NCBI GenBank assembly: GCA_016839805.1
Contig: JAEOTO010000008.1
Span: 1 to 64,000, forward strand
Direction of reading: 5' to 3'
DNA from: Candidatus Hermodarchaeota archaeon
GTDB taxonomy: Archaea; Asgardarchaeota; Hermodarchaeia; Hermodarchaeales; Hermodarchaeaceae
DNA: 64,000 nt
The notes beneath the pieces are model-generated. The model saw only the letters and a program-made list of their open reading frames with translations. It was not told where the DNA came from and made no database searches. Positions 1-9,190 of this stretch are shown piece after piece. How positions within the stretch are numbered: position 1 is the stretch's first letter; each line of letters starts with the position of its first letter. A program made the position numbers and the translations under genes.

Positions 1-462
1 AAGCTCGTTCCAATTAAGACTAACTTCTTGAAGGTTTGTGCAATGTTGAAGGGAGGAAAGATCAATTTTCCGTAATTGATTATCTGAAAGATGAAGCTCT
101 CGAAGCTTCGTACAGTTTTGAAGCGCTATCAAATCGATTTCAGCCAACTGGTTATTACTTAACCCCAGATTACGTAATCGTTTGCAATGTTCGAGCGAAC
201 TAAGATCGATTTGGGTTAATTGATTCCCACTTAACCGCAGACTCTTCAGGTTAGGACAGTATTGAAGAGGCGTAAGATCAATTTGGGTCAAATGGTTTCT
301 TCGTAAATCTAGCTCCTCAATTTCTGTAAGACGGTCGATAGACGAGAGGTCTAACTCAACAATACCCAGTCCATAAAATACGATATTCGTTTTTTCCGGA
401 GAAACCTGGACTTGCACCTTATCTCCTTCTAATGTAGAATATTTAAGGACAATATCTTCCAC
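1..462 (-). CDS. Leucine-rich repeat protein (partial, runs off left edge)
   Basis: Hand translation from GTG at 462 (AGGAG upstream): VEDIVLKYSTLEGDKVQV...LDLRRNHLTQIDLTPLQYCPNLKSLRLSGNQLTQIDLSSLEHCKRLRNLGLSNNQLAEIDLIALQNCTKLRELHLSDNQLRKIDLSSLQHCTNL; 22-aa LRR repeats; not in ORF track. Confidence 0.9.
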   Translation of the reverse strand, partial: MEDIVLKYSTLEGDKVQVQVSPEKTNIVFYGLGIVELDLSSIDRLTEIEELDLRRNHLTQIDLTPLQYCPNLKSLRLSGNQLTQIDLSSLEHCKRLRNLGLSNNQLAEIDLIALQNCTKLRELHLSDNQLRKIDLSSLQHCTNLQEVSLNWNEL

Positions 463-988
463 GAGATCAAAATCTCCTTATTCAGACTCTGCACTACATT
501 TCTCAGCCTTCTTTTTGTACCTTGGGTATACAACAAACTACCAAAAAAAAGCCCAATTTTAATAAAAGACGCTAGAAATCAGATTTTAGGAATTTAGTAA
601 CCAACGACGTGAAATAACTCTTCTCTTTTATGATATATTTCAAAAGAGCAAATATGTCTTCGAAAATAATCCTAATTTGCTTATAACACACTATTAATGG
701 ATATGTTCCATTCTCATAATGTAACCCATCTGATACTGAAATGGAATTCAACAAGTAATTATACATTCATTGATTCAATAATTTCATGTTCATAGAAATG
801 GGCTAGAACCATGACAATACTTGGGTTGTCAGTTGAAACGCCTGTTTCATTCTCCTCTATTTCTTAAGAAATTACCAACGGTATTCAACATCGTAGAAGC
901 CTGCTTTAATTCTAAGAACAGAGTGAGTGTAACATAATACTAGGCTGTTTGAAGAACAAACTAAGAAATTATTCGGGACTTAGACTGG

Positions 989-2326
989 TTAGGTTTGAAT
1001 GGCATCAATGCCTACAATATCACAAAAGTCGAGGAGCTCCTCTACAATATCTCCATAGACCATGTGTAAATGATTTGATCGTAGCTGTTGAAGGAAGAGG
1101 TCAGGATCTCCATCAAGGCGAATGAAGGCATGGGGCCAACGATCACGGGCTTCTTTGAAGGTCTCTTTTGGTTGAGTAAAGGCCTCTCCGCTAGCAATAT
1201 GAAGGATATAATCTCCAGCGAATCGGTTCAGTCTTGCAAGGGTGACAGTACCCTCCTTACAACAGAACGTGGGACAAGCTCCTAAACATGCTCCCATGTA
1301 TTCATATTGGGGATTCCATTCCACTTCTTTTGGAGATGATGCCATCTTGGTCGCAATAGTTCCACAGTTGACTAGGCGCAATTGACCAGTGACCATGTCA
1401 AGATCATTGACATCTGCAAACAGTACAGGACTATCAGTTAACAGGTGTAAGATGCGCATGGTGAGGGCTGCATTCATATCGGCTTCACACGACATGATTC
1501 TGCCTTCATCAATCAGCAATGACAAAGCCATACAGCCACTGACATAATTTTCAATAAATTCTGGTTGGCATTTGAAACCACCAAATGCATAGCCATCCTT
1601 ATCCAAAATTTCATTTATTGCAAAATAAAGCCGCAAACTTCGTTCTAAAATTTCTTCGGATACATTTACTGCTCCGAAGGTTTTCTTCACCCATGCCATT
1701 TTGGTCTTAACCCGTTTAGAGGGAATCTTTGGGGCCATTAAAAAAACACGAAGCATGTCCACGTGTTCAATTTCTGTGCCGAAGAGTTCTTTTATCTGGC
1801 TGAAATCGACCATTGCTGTCATCATACCCATTGTTTTTCCTCCGATGACTACGGCTTTACTTCGTGCTAAGTCATCATAGGTCATTGCCGCTCGGCTATA
1901 ACTTGATATTGCCCTGAGGACACTAGGGTTATCCGGTTCTCCGTAAATGAAGCGGTGGGAAAGACCTAGTTCATCGAGGCTCCCATGGGTGATAGCGGCT
2001 CCCACAAGGCTAAAAGCCGCTGGGCTTCGATAGCCATATACGATACTCGGGAGCCCAGTTGCTTGAACAGCGGATACTACCATGGGTGCGTAGACCCAAG
2101 ACCCAATATTATAGACGATGCATTGAATTCTATCATGAACCATATCCTCAGATACTTGGACTGAATCTTCCATGGTTAGAACGAGATCGGCATGGGGAGT
2201 GACATCTAGCTGTTGGCCTTTCAGAGCAGTAAGCAATTCTGAATGGGCTTGTTTGGCGATGTCAGTTCGTTCACGTTCTAATGAAAGCGTAATTAAACCC
2301 ACTTTTGGTTTAGGCAAGGTTATCAT
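989..2326 (-). CDS. L-fucose/L-arabinose isomerase family protein
   Basis: FKCQPE, CEADMNAALTM, LVNCG and C-terminal RSNHLHMVYGD motifs typical of the FucI/AraA-like family. Confidence 0.8.
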   Translation of the reverse strand: MITLPKPKVGLITLSLERERTDIAKQAHSELLTALKGQQLDVTPHADLVLTMEDSVQVSEDMVHDRIQCIVYNIGSWVYAPMVVSAVQATGLPSIVYGYRSPAAFSLVGAAITHGSLDELGLSHRFIYGEPDNPSVLRAISSYSRAAMTYDDLARSKAVVIGGKTMGMMTAMVDFSQIKELFGTEIEHVDMLRVFLMAPKIPSKRVKTKMAWVKKTFGAVNVSEEILERSLRLYFAINEILDKDGYAFGGFKCQPEFIENYVSGCMALSLLIDEGRIMSCEADMNAALTMRILHLLTDSPVLFADVNDLDMVTGQLRLVNCGTIATKMASSPKEVEWNPQYEYMGACLGACPTFCCKEGTVTLARLNRFAGDYILHIASGEAFTQPKETFKEARDRWPHAFIRLDGDPDLFLQQLRSNHLHMVYGDIVEELLDFCDIVGIDAIQT

Positions 2327-2437
2327 TCTCTAAAGGAGATTAATGTTGCAATTTTCTTAATAATGCCAATTTCATCTGCTGAGTAGCATTAAAAGCCTTT
2401 GGAAGAGTTCTAAAAACTAAAGTCTCTGAAACTGAAA

Positions 2438-2563
2438 ATGGCTCGTGCACCTTCTGAGTTGGTGATGCCCCTCCAGCAAGCCATTGAACAAATCGACGGA
2501 ATTAAAGAGTGGGGTCGTATCCGACTCCGGAAAGCCAGACCGATTACGTTTGTCGACATTGTC
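2438..2563 (+). pseudogene. Remnant of cation diffusion facilitator C-terminal (ZT_dimer) domain
   Basis: MARAPSE...AIEQIDGIKEWGRIRLRKARPITFVDIV resembles the CDF pattern LMDRAP...I..V.GV..V..IR.RK.GP..FVD; no TM domain upstream. Confidence 0.45.
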
Positions 2564-2765
2564 TGTCATCCACACCAAACCACTCCCCCAAAAACCCAAA
2601 CAAAAAGAGAGAATGGGAGAGGCCAAGCCTCCCAATAAATGAAGACCGGTTTGAAGAAGCTATGGATTACGCCTGCCGCCTGCTCATATATTCTTATTTA
2701 GTGACCCAGATCGTGACCTTGCCCAGTTTCTCACACATAGAAGTCATAATTTAGAAGTTACAATG

Positions 2766-4775
2766 TTAGTCGAATAATATCGAGGTCTTCATCTTGATGT
2801 CTCTACTCGACCTACCTATCTTCAATTGGAATTCACCTTGTTCAACCTTCCAATCGTGGCTTTCTACATCATAGAATGCCAGGTCTCTTGCACGCACTTG
2901 TATTGATATTGTCTTTCGTTCATTAGGTTTGAGAAAGACTTTCTCAAAACCGACGAGCTCTTGAGGTGGTCTTACTATTGATGATTGAATATCTCTGGAA
3001 TATACTTGAATAGTATCTGCTCCTGGTCTATCTCCTATATTTATCACATCCAACTGTATCTCGAGTGAATCATCGTTAGCAGAAGCTGATTCTTTGCTTA
3101 TGAGGACATTTTCGTATTCAAATCCCGTGTAAGATAATCCAAATCCAAATGGGAATAATGGTTCTATTTCCTTTTCATCGAACCAGCGGTAACCAATGAA
3201 AACGCCTTCATCATAGAACACATTCTTTTCATCATCACCAGGATAGTGTCGTCTTTCTCTACTACTATGTGCAGGTGAATCTGAGAGTTTTTTTGGAAAC
3301 GTGATAGGAAGGCGTCCAGAGGGTTCGGCGTCACCAAAAAGTACATTTGCAATTGCTCTTCCGCCTTCCATCCCTGGATACCAAGCATCAAGCACCACGG
3401 GAACCTTATTTATCCATTCGCGCATCGCTATTGGACTTCCAGCTATGAGAACAACTACAGTGTTAGGGTTATTTGCCGCGGTGGTTGTAATCAATTCTAC
3501 TTGTTCTGTGGGAAGTTCTAGTTTTGCTCTATCAGACGCTTCGGAGTCTTCGCCTTTATTGTGATTCAATCCTGCAAAAACGATGGCAATATCAGCTTTA
3601 GAAACATTTGAGAGAATTTTCACTTTCCCTTTCAATTTCTCTTTCAGTCCTTCGAGAGGTGTAATCTCATAAGGAGGTTTAACCGCTGAGGATCCGCCAT
3701 AAAGAAATCCACCGAACTTTTTCTTCAAATTCCTACCAACCAATGCGATCGAATCTATTTCATCTAATGACAAGGGCAGAAGATTTCCATGATTTTTCAG
3801 TAGCACCATTCCTTCCTCAGCGATAATCCTTGCTAGGTTTTGGTGTTCAGAGGAATTTCGAGAACCCGATTGCTGCTCAAAAGATTGTGCCATCAAAAGA
3901 ACCCTAAGGAAACGATATACCAAGTCATCAAGGGATTCAACAGAAAATTTCCCATCTTTCAAAGATCTCTGAAGTCGTTTCCGTTTGTATTTACTAGGGA
4001 TTGGCATCTCAAGCGATAAGCCTCCATTGATGCACCCTTCTGTGGTTTCGATAGGTCGAGTTGCAAACCAGTCTGACATGACAAATCCTTTGAATCCCCA
4101 TCGATCCATTAGAATATCTTTAATGAGATATTTGTTCTCACAACCATACACACCATTGACCTTGTTGTAGCAGCCCATTATTGCCCAGGGATCCGCTTCT
4201 TTGACAACTTCTCGGAATGCTCGAAGGTAGATTTCGTGCAAAGGCCTCTCAGCAATTATCGCATTGCAGGATCTTCTATCAATTTCTTGATTATTTGCTG
4301 CATAATGTTTAACACAAGCTCCAATTCCTACACTTTGAACGCCTTGAACGAAAGGAATCGCAAGTTCTTTTGTCAAATAAGGATCCTCACTGAAATACTC
4401 GAAAGTTCGCCCATTAAGAGGTGTTCGTGCGATATTGATACCGGGTGCCAGAAGCATATGCCTTCCAACGGCACGTACTTCTTCTGCCATTGCCACACCC
4501 ATTGCTCTGGCGAGGCCTCTATTCCATGTTGAAGCCACTGATATTGTCGCAGGAAACCGCGTACACTTTTTGAACCCACTTGAGTGATATGCGACACCCA
4601 ATGGTCCATCTGTTGTTCTAAAAGAAGGGATACGCAGCCGTTTGATTGGTTTAGTCACATAGATTCTCCTAAACCCTGGACTTGTCAGGAGTTGAAATTT
4701 CTCATCCAATGTTAGTTTCGACAAAATCTCGAATGCCTTCTTTCCAGAAACCTGTTTTGCCCCTATAGTGGTCAT
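2766..4775 (-). CDS. Glycoside hydrolase family 3 beta-glucosidase
   Basis: TDGPLG, GRTFEYFSEDP, KHYAAN, MSDW nucleophile motif, C-terminal Fn3-like domain (PFGFGLSYT). Confidence 0.95.
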   Translation of the reverse strand: MTTIGAKQVSGKKAFEILSKLTLDEKFQLLTSPGFRRIYVTKPIKRLRIPSFRTTDGPLGVAYHSSGFKKCTRFPATISVASTWNRGLARAMGVAMAEEVRAVGRHMLLAPGINIARTPLNGRTFEYFSEDPYLTKELAIPFVQGVQSVGIGACVKHYAANNQEIDRRSCNAIIAERPLHEIYLRAFREVVKEADPWAIMGCYNKVNGVYGCENKYLIKDILMDRWGFKGFVMSDWFATRPIETTEGCINGGLSLEMPIPSKYKRKRLQRSLKDGKFSVESLDDLVYRFLRVLLMAQSFEQQSGSRNSSEHQNLARIIAEEGMVLLKNHGNLLPLSLDEIDSIALVGRNLKKKFGGFLYGGSSAVKPPYEITPLEGLKEKLKGKVKILSNVSKADIAIVFAGLNHNKGEDSEASDRAKLELPTEQVELITTTAANNPNTVVVLIAGSPIAMREWINKVPVVLDAWYPGMEGGRAIANVLFGDAEPSGRLPITFPKKLSDSPAHSSRERRHYPGDDEKNVFYDEGVFIGYRWFDEKEIEPLFPFGFGLSYTGFEYENVLISKESASANDDSLEIQLDVINIGDRPGADTIQVYSRDIQSSIVRPPQELVGFEKVFLKPNERKTISIQVRARDLAFYDVESHDWKVEQGEFQLKIGRSSRDIKMKTSILFD

Positions 4776-5186
4776 TGGATTCTCTCACTGTCCTAGTAAT
4801 GAACGATTCAGACGTTACATTCCCTGGTGATTGCTTTAGTGCCGTAAAATCTCGTCAGGGATTTCCGATTAGTTAAGTTAGACTGAATGCCCAATATTTT
4901 TGATTTTCTCTTTCTAAGAAATTTTTGCAAGAAAATTACACAGTAAACAATATTTTCTATCAGTATGAGTGTTAATTTCGATAATCTGACACTATTTTAC
5001 GTTTTTTATTTTTAAAAGATGTCTTAATCCTTTTATTTCTAAAAACAAGCAAATATAACTCCCCATTCCAAATTTTCCCCCCTTTTTTGGTTGGGTTTCT
5101 GGTCTTTAATATTAATTTTCAGGAAGTCTTCATAGCTTCTCATTTGTAAGAAGCAAATCAAAAAAACCAAAGGAAGTCTAAAAGTC

Positions 5187-5813
5187 ATGAAAAGACGCAC
5201 TAAACTCTCCTTTGCTGTGCTAGCCGTTTTTGTGTTTGTGATAGCAGGAGGATCTACGGTTTCAGCGATTGCCGGTGGTTCATCAATTGGTTATGGTTGT
5301 CATCAGGAATACCATCGTCTCTTCGGTCAGGTTACTTGGTCTGTTTGGGCTGAAACCAGAGCGTGGGTTGATTTGACTCATAGAAAAGCGAACTTTGATA
5401 TTGATATCAATGCATACGAGGCGGCTTGCCCAGCTACGCTTTATCAGCTAATTGGAGCATTAGTACCGGCGCAGTACAAGGTATTTTACATGTTGGGATA
5501 CCCAGTGGTGATTGAGGGACATGTCACCTACGCTAAAGTGACCACACAAACCTCGCTTGGGTATTTTAAATCCAAAGTTTTCATTAATTCTGACAGTATG
5601 GGTCATTGGGATATGCCTACAGGAGTTCCCACCTCAACGACCTGGTCGCGCTATGTTTCAACCGCATCTTCGAAAACAATACTGCACCTGAAAGGTTACA
5701 TAGTTCTCAAAATTAGAATTGGTTTTGGAGTATCAGTTCCTTTCTATTATGAGAATTACGATTGGAATCTTGTGGCAACTGCAGCAGCTTCACACGTAGC
5801 TGACCCTATGTAG
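5187..5813 (+). CDS. Secreted hypothetical protein (signal peptide, beta-rich)
   Basis: MKRRTK + hydrophobic stretch + VSA cleavage-like site; 208 aa; AT-rich upstream region, hairpin downstream. Confidence 0.7.
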   Translation: MKRRTKLSFAVLAVFVFVIAGGSTVSAIAGGSSIGYGCHQEYHRLFGQVTWSVWAETRAWVDLTHRKANFDIDINAYEAACPATLYQLIGALVPAQYKVFYMLGYPVVIEGHVTYAKVTTQTSLGYFKSKVFINSDSMGHWDMPTGVPTSTTWSRYVSTASSKTILHLKGYIVLKIRIGFGVSVPFYYENYDWNLVATAAASHVADPM

Positions 5814-5825
5814 ACTAACCACTAT

Positions 5826-5857
5826 GCCCAGCTTGTCTGGGCCCTCTTTTCTTTTTT
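5826..5857 (+). terminator. Hairpin + T-tract terminator
   Basis: GCCCAG-cttgt-CTGGGC followed by CCTCTTTTCTTTTTT just after the 5813 stop. Confidence 0.6.
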
Positions 5858-5909
5858 AGATTGGATGATTGTAGGCTAGTTAAGGACGAAGTCGTTCATC
5901 ATACACCCG

Positions 5910-6407
5910 TTAGGAGAATAATGCGATTAACCAGTGGAAGATAAATAATAGATCAGAAATGGCCCAGAGAAACCATTCCAAGCCGAATGGCCATGCATAT
6001 TGCCAGAACCACAAGCCATTCGAAGTGACGGCATTACCAAACCAGCCATAATATGCCAGATTGGATAATGTCAGGGGATATAATATCACAAAGACAATAG
6101 CACTTGATGCCTTTAACACCAAAACGATGATTCCCACTAGTGCATATCCTTGTGCTGTTTGAAACATCCTTACTAGAAACGGGATATAGAATACAAAGAG
6201 TATGAGGAGACCAATGATGTATACCCACCGGAAATCTATGAAGAGAAGGACAGCATCAACATTATGCGGGTAGGAATTGTCTCCCAAATAGCGCACGAGC
6301 AATATCCCCCAGACAGCAATAACTGTGATTACATACCCAACTAAAGCCATTAAATAGTAAAAGACATTACGCCATGAGCCCCATTGTGGTTTTAACAGGA
6401 AAAACAA
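5910..6407 (-). CDS. Hypothetical integral membrane protein (~4 TM)
   Basis: Four hydrophobic segments; start codon uncertain. Confidence 0.65.
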   Translation of the reverse strand: MFFLLKPQWGSWRNVFYYLMALVGYVITVIAVWGILLVRYLGDNSYPHNVDAVLLFIDFRWVYIIGLLILFVFYIPFLVRMFQTAQGYALVGIIVLVLKASSAIVFVILYPLTLSNLAYYGWFGNAVTSNGLWFWQYAWPFGLEWFLWAISDLLFIFHWLIALFS

Positions 6408-6463
6408 CTCCGTTGAATGATTTTTCCCATTTTCATTGTTTTTTATCTTATTCTCAAGTGTTG

Positions 6464-7006
6464 TCAGGCACCCTCATCTAGAAATTCTTGGCGTCTTGTA
6501 CGTCTCCTGATTACAACTATTACAATTACTACTGCAACTATGACAATAATTCCAATGGGTACCGCAATTAGCAGAAGTGCTCCAAATGGGAAATTACCGA
6601 AGGGATTAAATTGGGTCTCAATGAGATACTGAATGACCACATCTTCGTTTTGATCATTAATGAAGACCACAGCATAATTTCCCTCTGTGAGGACTGTATA
6701 CCTCCAATGACCTTCTGATGAATCAGCGTCAAAGAGAATATGGTCAGATGGGGGACCGAGTAGGAGGGTGATGAATCCTTCGCATAGATAGGCATCAATG
6801 CTTGGACCAGATGTTACTCGATAAGTGACATCGATTACCATTTCTTCAAAACAGTCTACGATGTTGACAACGCGCGCCGTATCGGGCCCCAAAGTGTCTT
6901 GTTCCCATTGGGCATTCACAATTCCAGTTTTCTGAGACAAGCTAATACCAAAAATGACTAAAAAGAACAGCAATAACAGACTTTTCCAATGTTGGAGTTT
7001 TACCAT
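6464..7006 (-). CDS. Type I membrane protein with GOLD/p24 (emp24/gp25L)-like beta-sandwich
   Basis: Signal peptide; YRVTSGPSIDAY...SEGHWRYTVLTEGNYAVVFIN pattern; single C-terminal TM; short basic tail RRRTRRQEFLDEGA. Confidence 0.6.
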   Translation of the reverse strand: MVKLQHWKSLLLLFFLVIFGISLSQKTGIVNAQWEQDTLGPDTARVVNIVDCFEEMVIDVTYRVTSGPSIDAYLCEGFITLLLGPPSDHILFDADSSEGHWRYTVLTEGNYAVVFINDQNEDVVIQYLIETQFNPFGNFPFGALLLIAVPIGIIVIVAVVIVIVVIRRRTRRQEFLDEGA

Positions 7007-7147
7007 TACGATTTATCTCCACTCCATGAGAAACCGTAGTTTCAGATTGTCGTGCTTAGGCTATTAGGCTTATATTGTATATAAATTACATTTACTCTGC
7101 ATGTCTTTATTTTCACTAATACTGATTTGAATTGGATGGTGATTGGA

Positions 7148-8443
7148 ATGGCATTTGATGTGGTTATTATTGGTGGTGGGATTGCGGGGCTCAGTTGTGG
7201 TGCCCTTCTTTCAAAGAAGGGGTACCGAGTTTTGCTTTTAGAAGCGAAGCAGATTCTGGGTGGTCGGGCAAACTCGCAATCACTTCAACCTAGCTATATT
7301 GTAGATTGGGGGATTCATTCCCTTAGGGCAGGAGACGCTGGTGTTGCCGCAACTGTGTTTCAGAGGTTAGGTTTGGAGCTTGATATCTTGCCTTCAGGCG
7401 AGGGGCAGCTATTCCATGACGGAAAGTGGTATTCTTTACCGACTTCGGTTTCAGCATTAATGGCTACACCACTCCTTAGTGATGCAGATCGATCAGTGAT
7501 TGGTACCTTGTTTACTAGTATTATGAGTGCGGATCCTGAGGATCTGTTAACAACCTCGGTTGCCAGTTGGCTTGCTGAGTTTGAAGTGTCGGAAACGATA
7601 CGGTGGATTTTCCAATTGTATGCAGGACTGATTTTAATTGAGCCCGATTTGACTGTCGCATCGATGGGGGAGATGCTCGATATTATGAATACAATTCTTC
7701 GGAGTGGCAAAGCTGCTGGGTACCCGAAGGGAGGTTGGAGAGTTCTGCTTCAAGCCTTAAGGGAACAGATTGAGGTTATGGGTGAGGTTCGATTAGGAAA
7801 AACTGTAAACAAAATTCACTTGCAGGATAGGGCTGCTGAAGCAATACAGATTGGGAATGACAGGATATCGTGTGATACTATTATCGCCGCAGTTCCACCA
7901 GATGTACTTTCATCTTTTTTACCACGAGCTGATTCAGATTGTAAGAAAATCATTAAACTGGCAAAGCAGCTTATTCCTACAGCGGGTGTGAGCCTCGATT
8001 TGGGATTTGCAGAACCGATTACCGATGCACCAGGTTTGATTGTCAGTGCGAACCCCTTTATCATGGGACAAGCAACATCAAATATCGACTCCAGCGTTTC
8101 CCCCGCCGGAGAGCAGCTTCTAACATTTTATTATCCACTCCCAGCCAAAGAGATACAGAAGGATCCCTCAGCAGCAATTGCAATGAAGCAACTCGAGGCG
8201 TTAGTGTATCAGATGTTTCCTAAGGCTCCCAAACCAAAGTGGACTCGCCGACTGGTCCTTCCAGTGGTTGATGGAGCAGCACCTAGAATAAACCAAAACC
8301 GCAATCAACGACTTCCTATTCAAACGCCGATTAAAGGTCTTTACTTAGCGGGTGACGCGCATAATGCTCCTGGAGCTGGCAGTGACATCGCCTTCAACGC
8401 TGCACTGGCGTGTGCAGATAAGATCGCTTCAATACTGGAATGA
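7148..8443 (+). CDS. FAD-dependent oxidoreductase, phytoene desaturase/amine oxidase family
   Basis: DVVIIGGGIAGL dinucleotide-binding motif, LGGRA, GYPKGGW, GLYLAGD. Confidence 0.85.
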   Translation: MAFDVVIIGGGIAGLSCGALLSKKGYRVLLLEAKQILGGRANSQSLQPSYIVDWGIHSLRAGDAGVAATVFQRLGLELDILPSGEGQLFHDGKWYSLPTSVSALMATPLLSDADRSVIGTLFTSIMSADPEDLLTTSVASWLAEFEVSETIRWIFQLYAGLILIEPDLTVASMGEMLDIMNTILRSGKAAGYPKGGWRVLLQALREQIEVMGEVRLGKTVNKIHLQDRAAEAIQIGNDRISCDTIIAAVPPDVLSSFLPRADSDCKKIIKLAKQLIPTAGVSLDLGFAEPITDAPGLIVSANPFIMGQATSNIDSSVSPAGEQLLTFYYPLPAKEIQKDPSAAIAMKQLEALVYQMFPKAPKPKWTRRLVLPVVDGAAPRINQNRNQRLPIQTPIKGLYLAGDAHNAPGAGSDIAFNAALACADKIASILE

Positions 8444-8493
8444 ATAAGCTTTCAAGGAAGCTTTGATACTCAGATGATTGTAGGATATGAATT

Positions 8494-9162
8494 CTAGCTA
8501 ACTTTCAATTCGGGGAAGTCAGGATTTTCTTCGATTTGCTGTATGAATTTGTCAAGCCATTGAATTTCTGCTTGTATTAAGTTGTAAGGTCGATCGAAAA
8601 GAGCATGAATGACTCCAATATTTTTTATCGGGATGTTGGAGATTGGGGTTTTTCCGATAAGCCGTGTGGGTTCAGATTCACGGATCTCGGTAATGTGTTC
8701 GAGAGTTTCTACAATATTTTGGAGATATTTACACCGTTGATTTAGGTAGTTTCGGTGTGTGGAGAGGGCTTTGAGAAGTTGGTCTCGTTCTAACACGGTC
8801 AAAGCTGAGACACCAAGCTCAAAAAGGGATCTAGATTGTGATGGTTGACTTAGAATGTTGAAGATTTGGGTAGAATATACTTTCTGACCAAGCGGTGTAA
8901 TGGTGTAGACACGCTGAGCACTCTGCGAGGCTCGTTTTTTAATTTCGCTTGATATGAGGCCACGTTTTTCTAGTTGGTGAAGGCTTCGGTATATGGCTGA
9001 GTCCTTGATATCGAGCCATTCGCGATAATTACGTTTTTTCAAGAGCTGAATAATCTGATACCCATATTTGGGTCCATTTGCGATGAAATATAGGGTGATT
9101 AAGTACGAGGGAGTAAGAGGTTTTTCAGATTCATTTTCAGTGTTCAATTCTGAGGATTTCAT
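8494..9162 (-). CDS. PadR family transcriptional regulator
   Basis: GPKYGYQI...AIYRSLHQLEKRGLI...RVYTITPLG; start moved to MKSSE at 9162 to avoid overlap. Confidence 0.85.
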   Translation of the reverse strand: MKSSELNTENESEKPLTPSYLITLYFIANGPKYGYQIIQLLKKRNYREWLDIKDSAIYRSLHQLEKRGLISSEIKKRASQSAQRVYTITPLGQKVYSTQIFNILSQPSQSRSLFELGVSALTVLERDQLLKALSTHRNYLNQRCKYLQNIVETLEHITEIRESEPTRLIGKTPISNIPIKNIGVIHALFDRPYNLIQAEIQWLDKFIQQIEENPDFPELKVS

Positions 9163-9190
9163 ATGTATCCCCTTGCAGGTGTTTTTGTGG

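Noticed and set aside
572-766. 64-aa ORF in AT-rich intergenic DNA
   Set aside because: No motif or RBS; composition fits non-coding or decayed sequence
7148-8443. Carotenoid biosynthesis (crtI)
   Set aside because: Shorter than true CrtI and no crtB or other carotenoid genes adjacent; only a family-level call is supported
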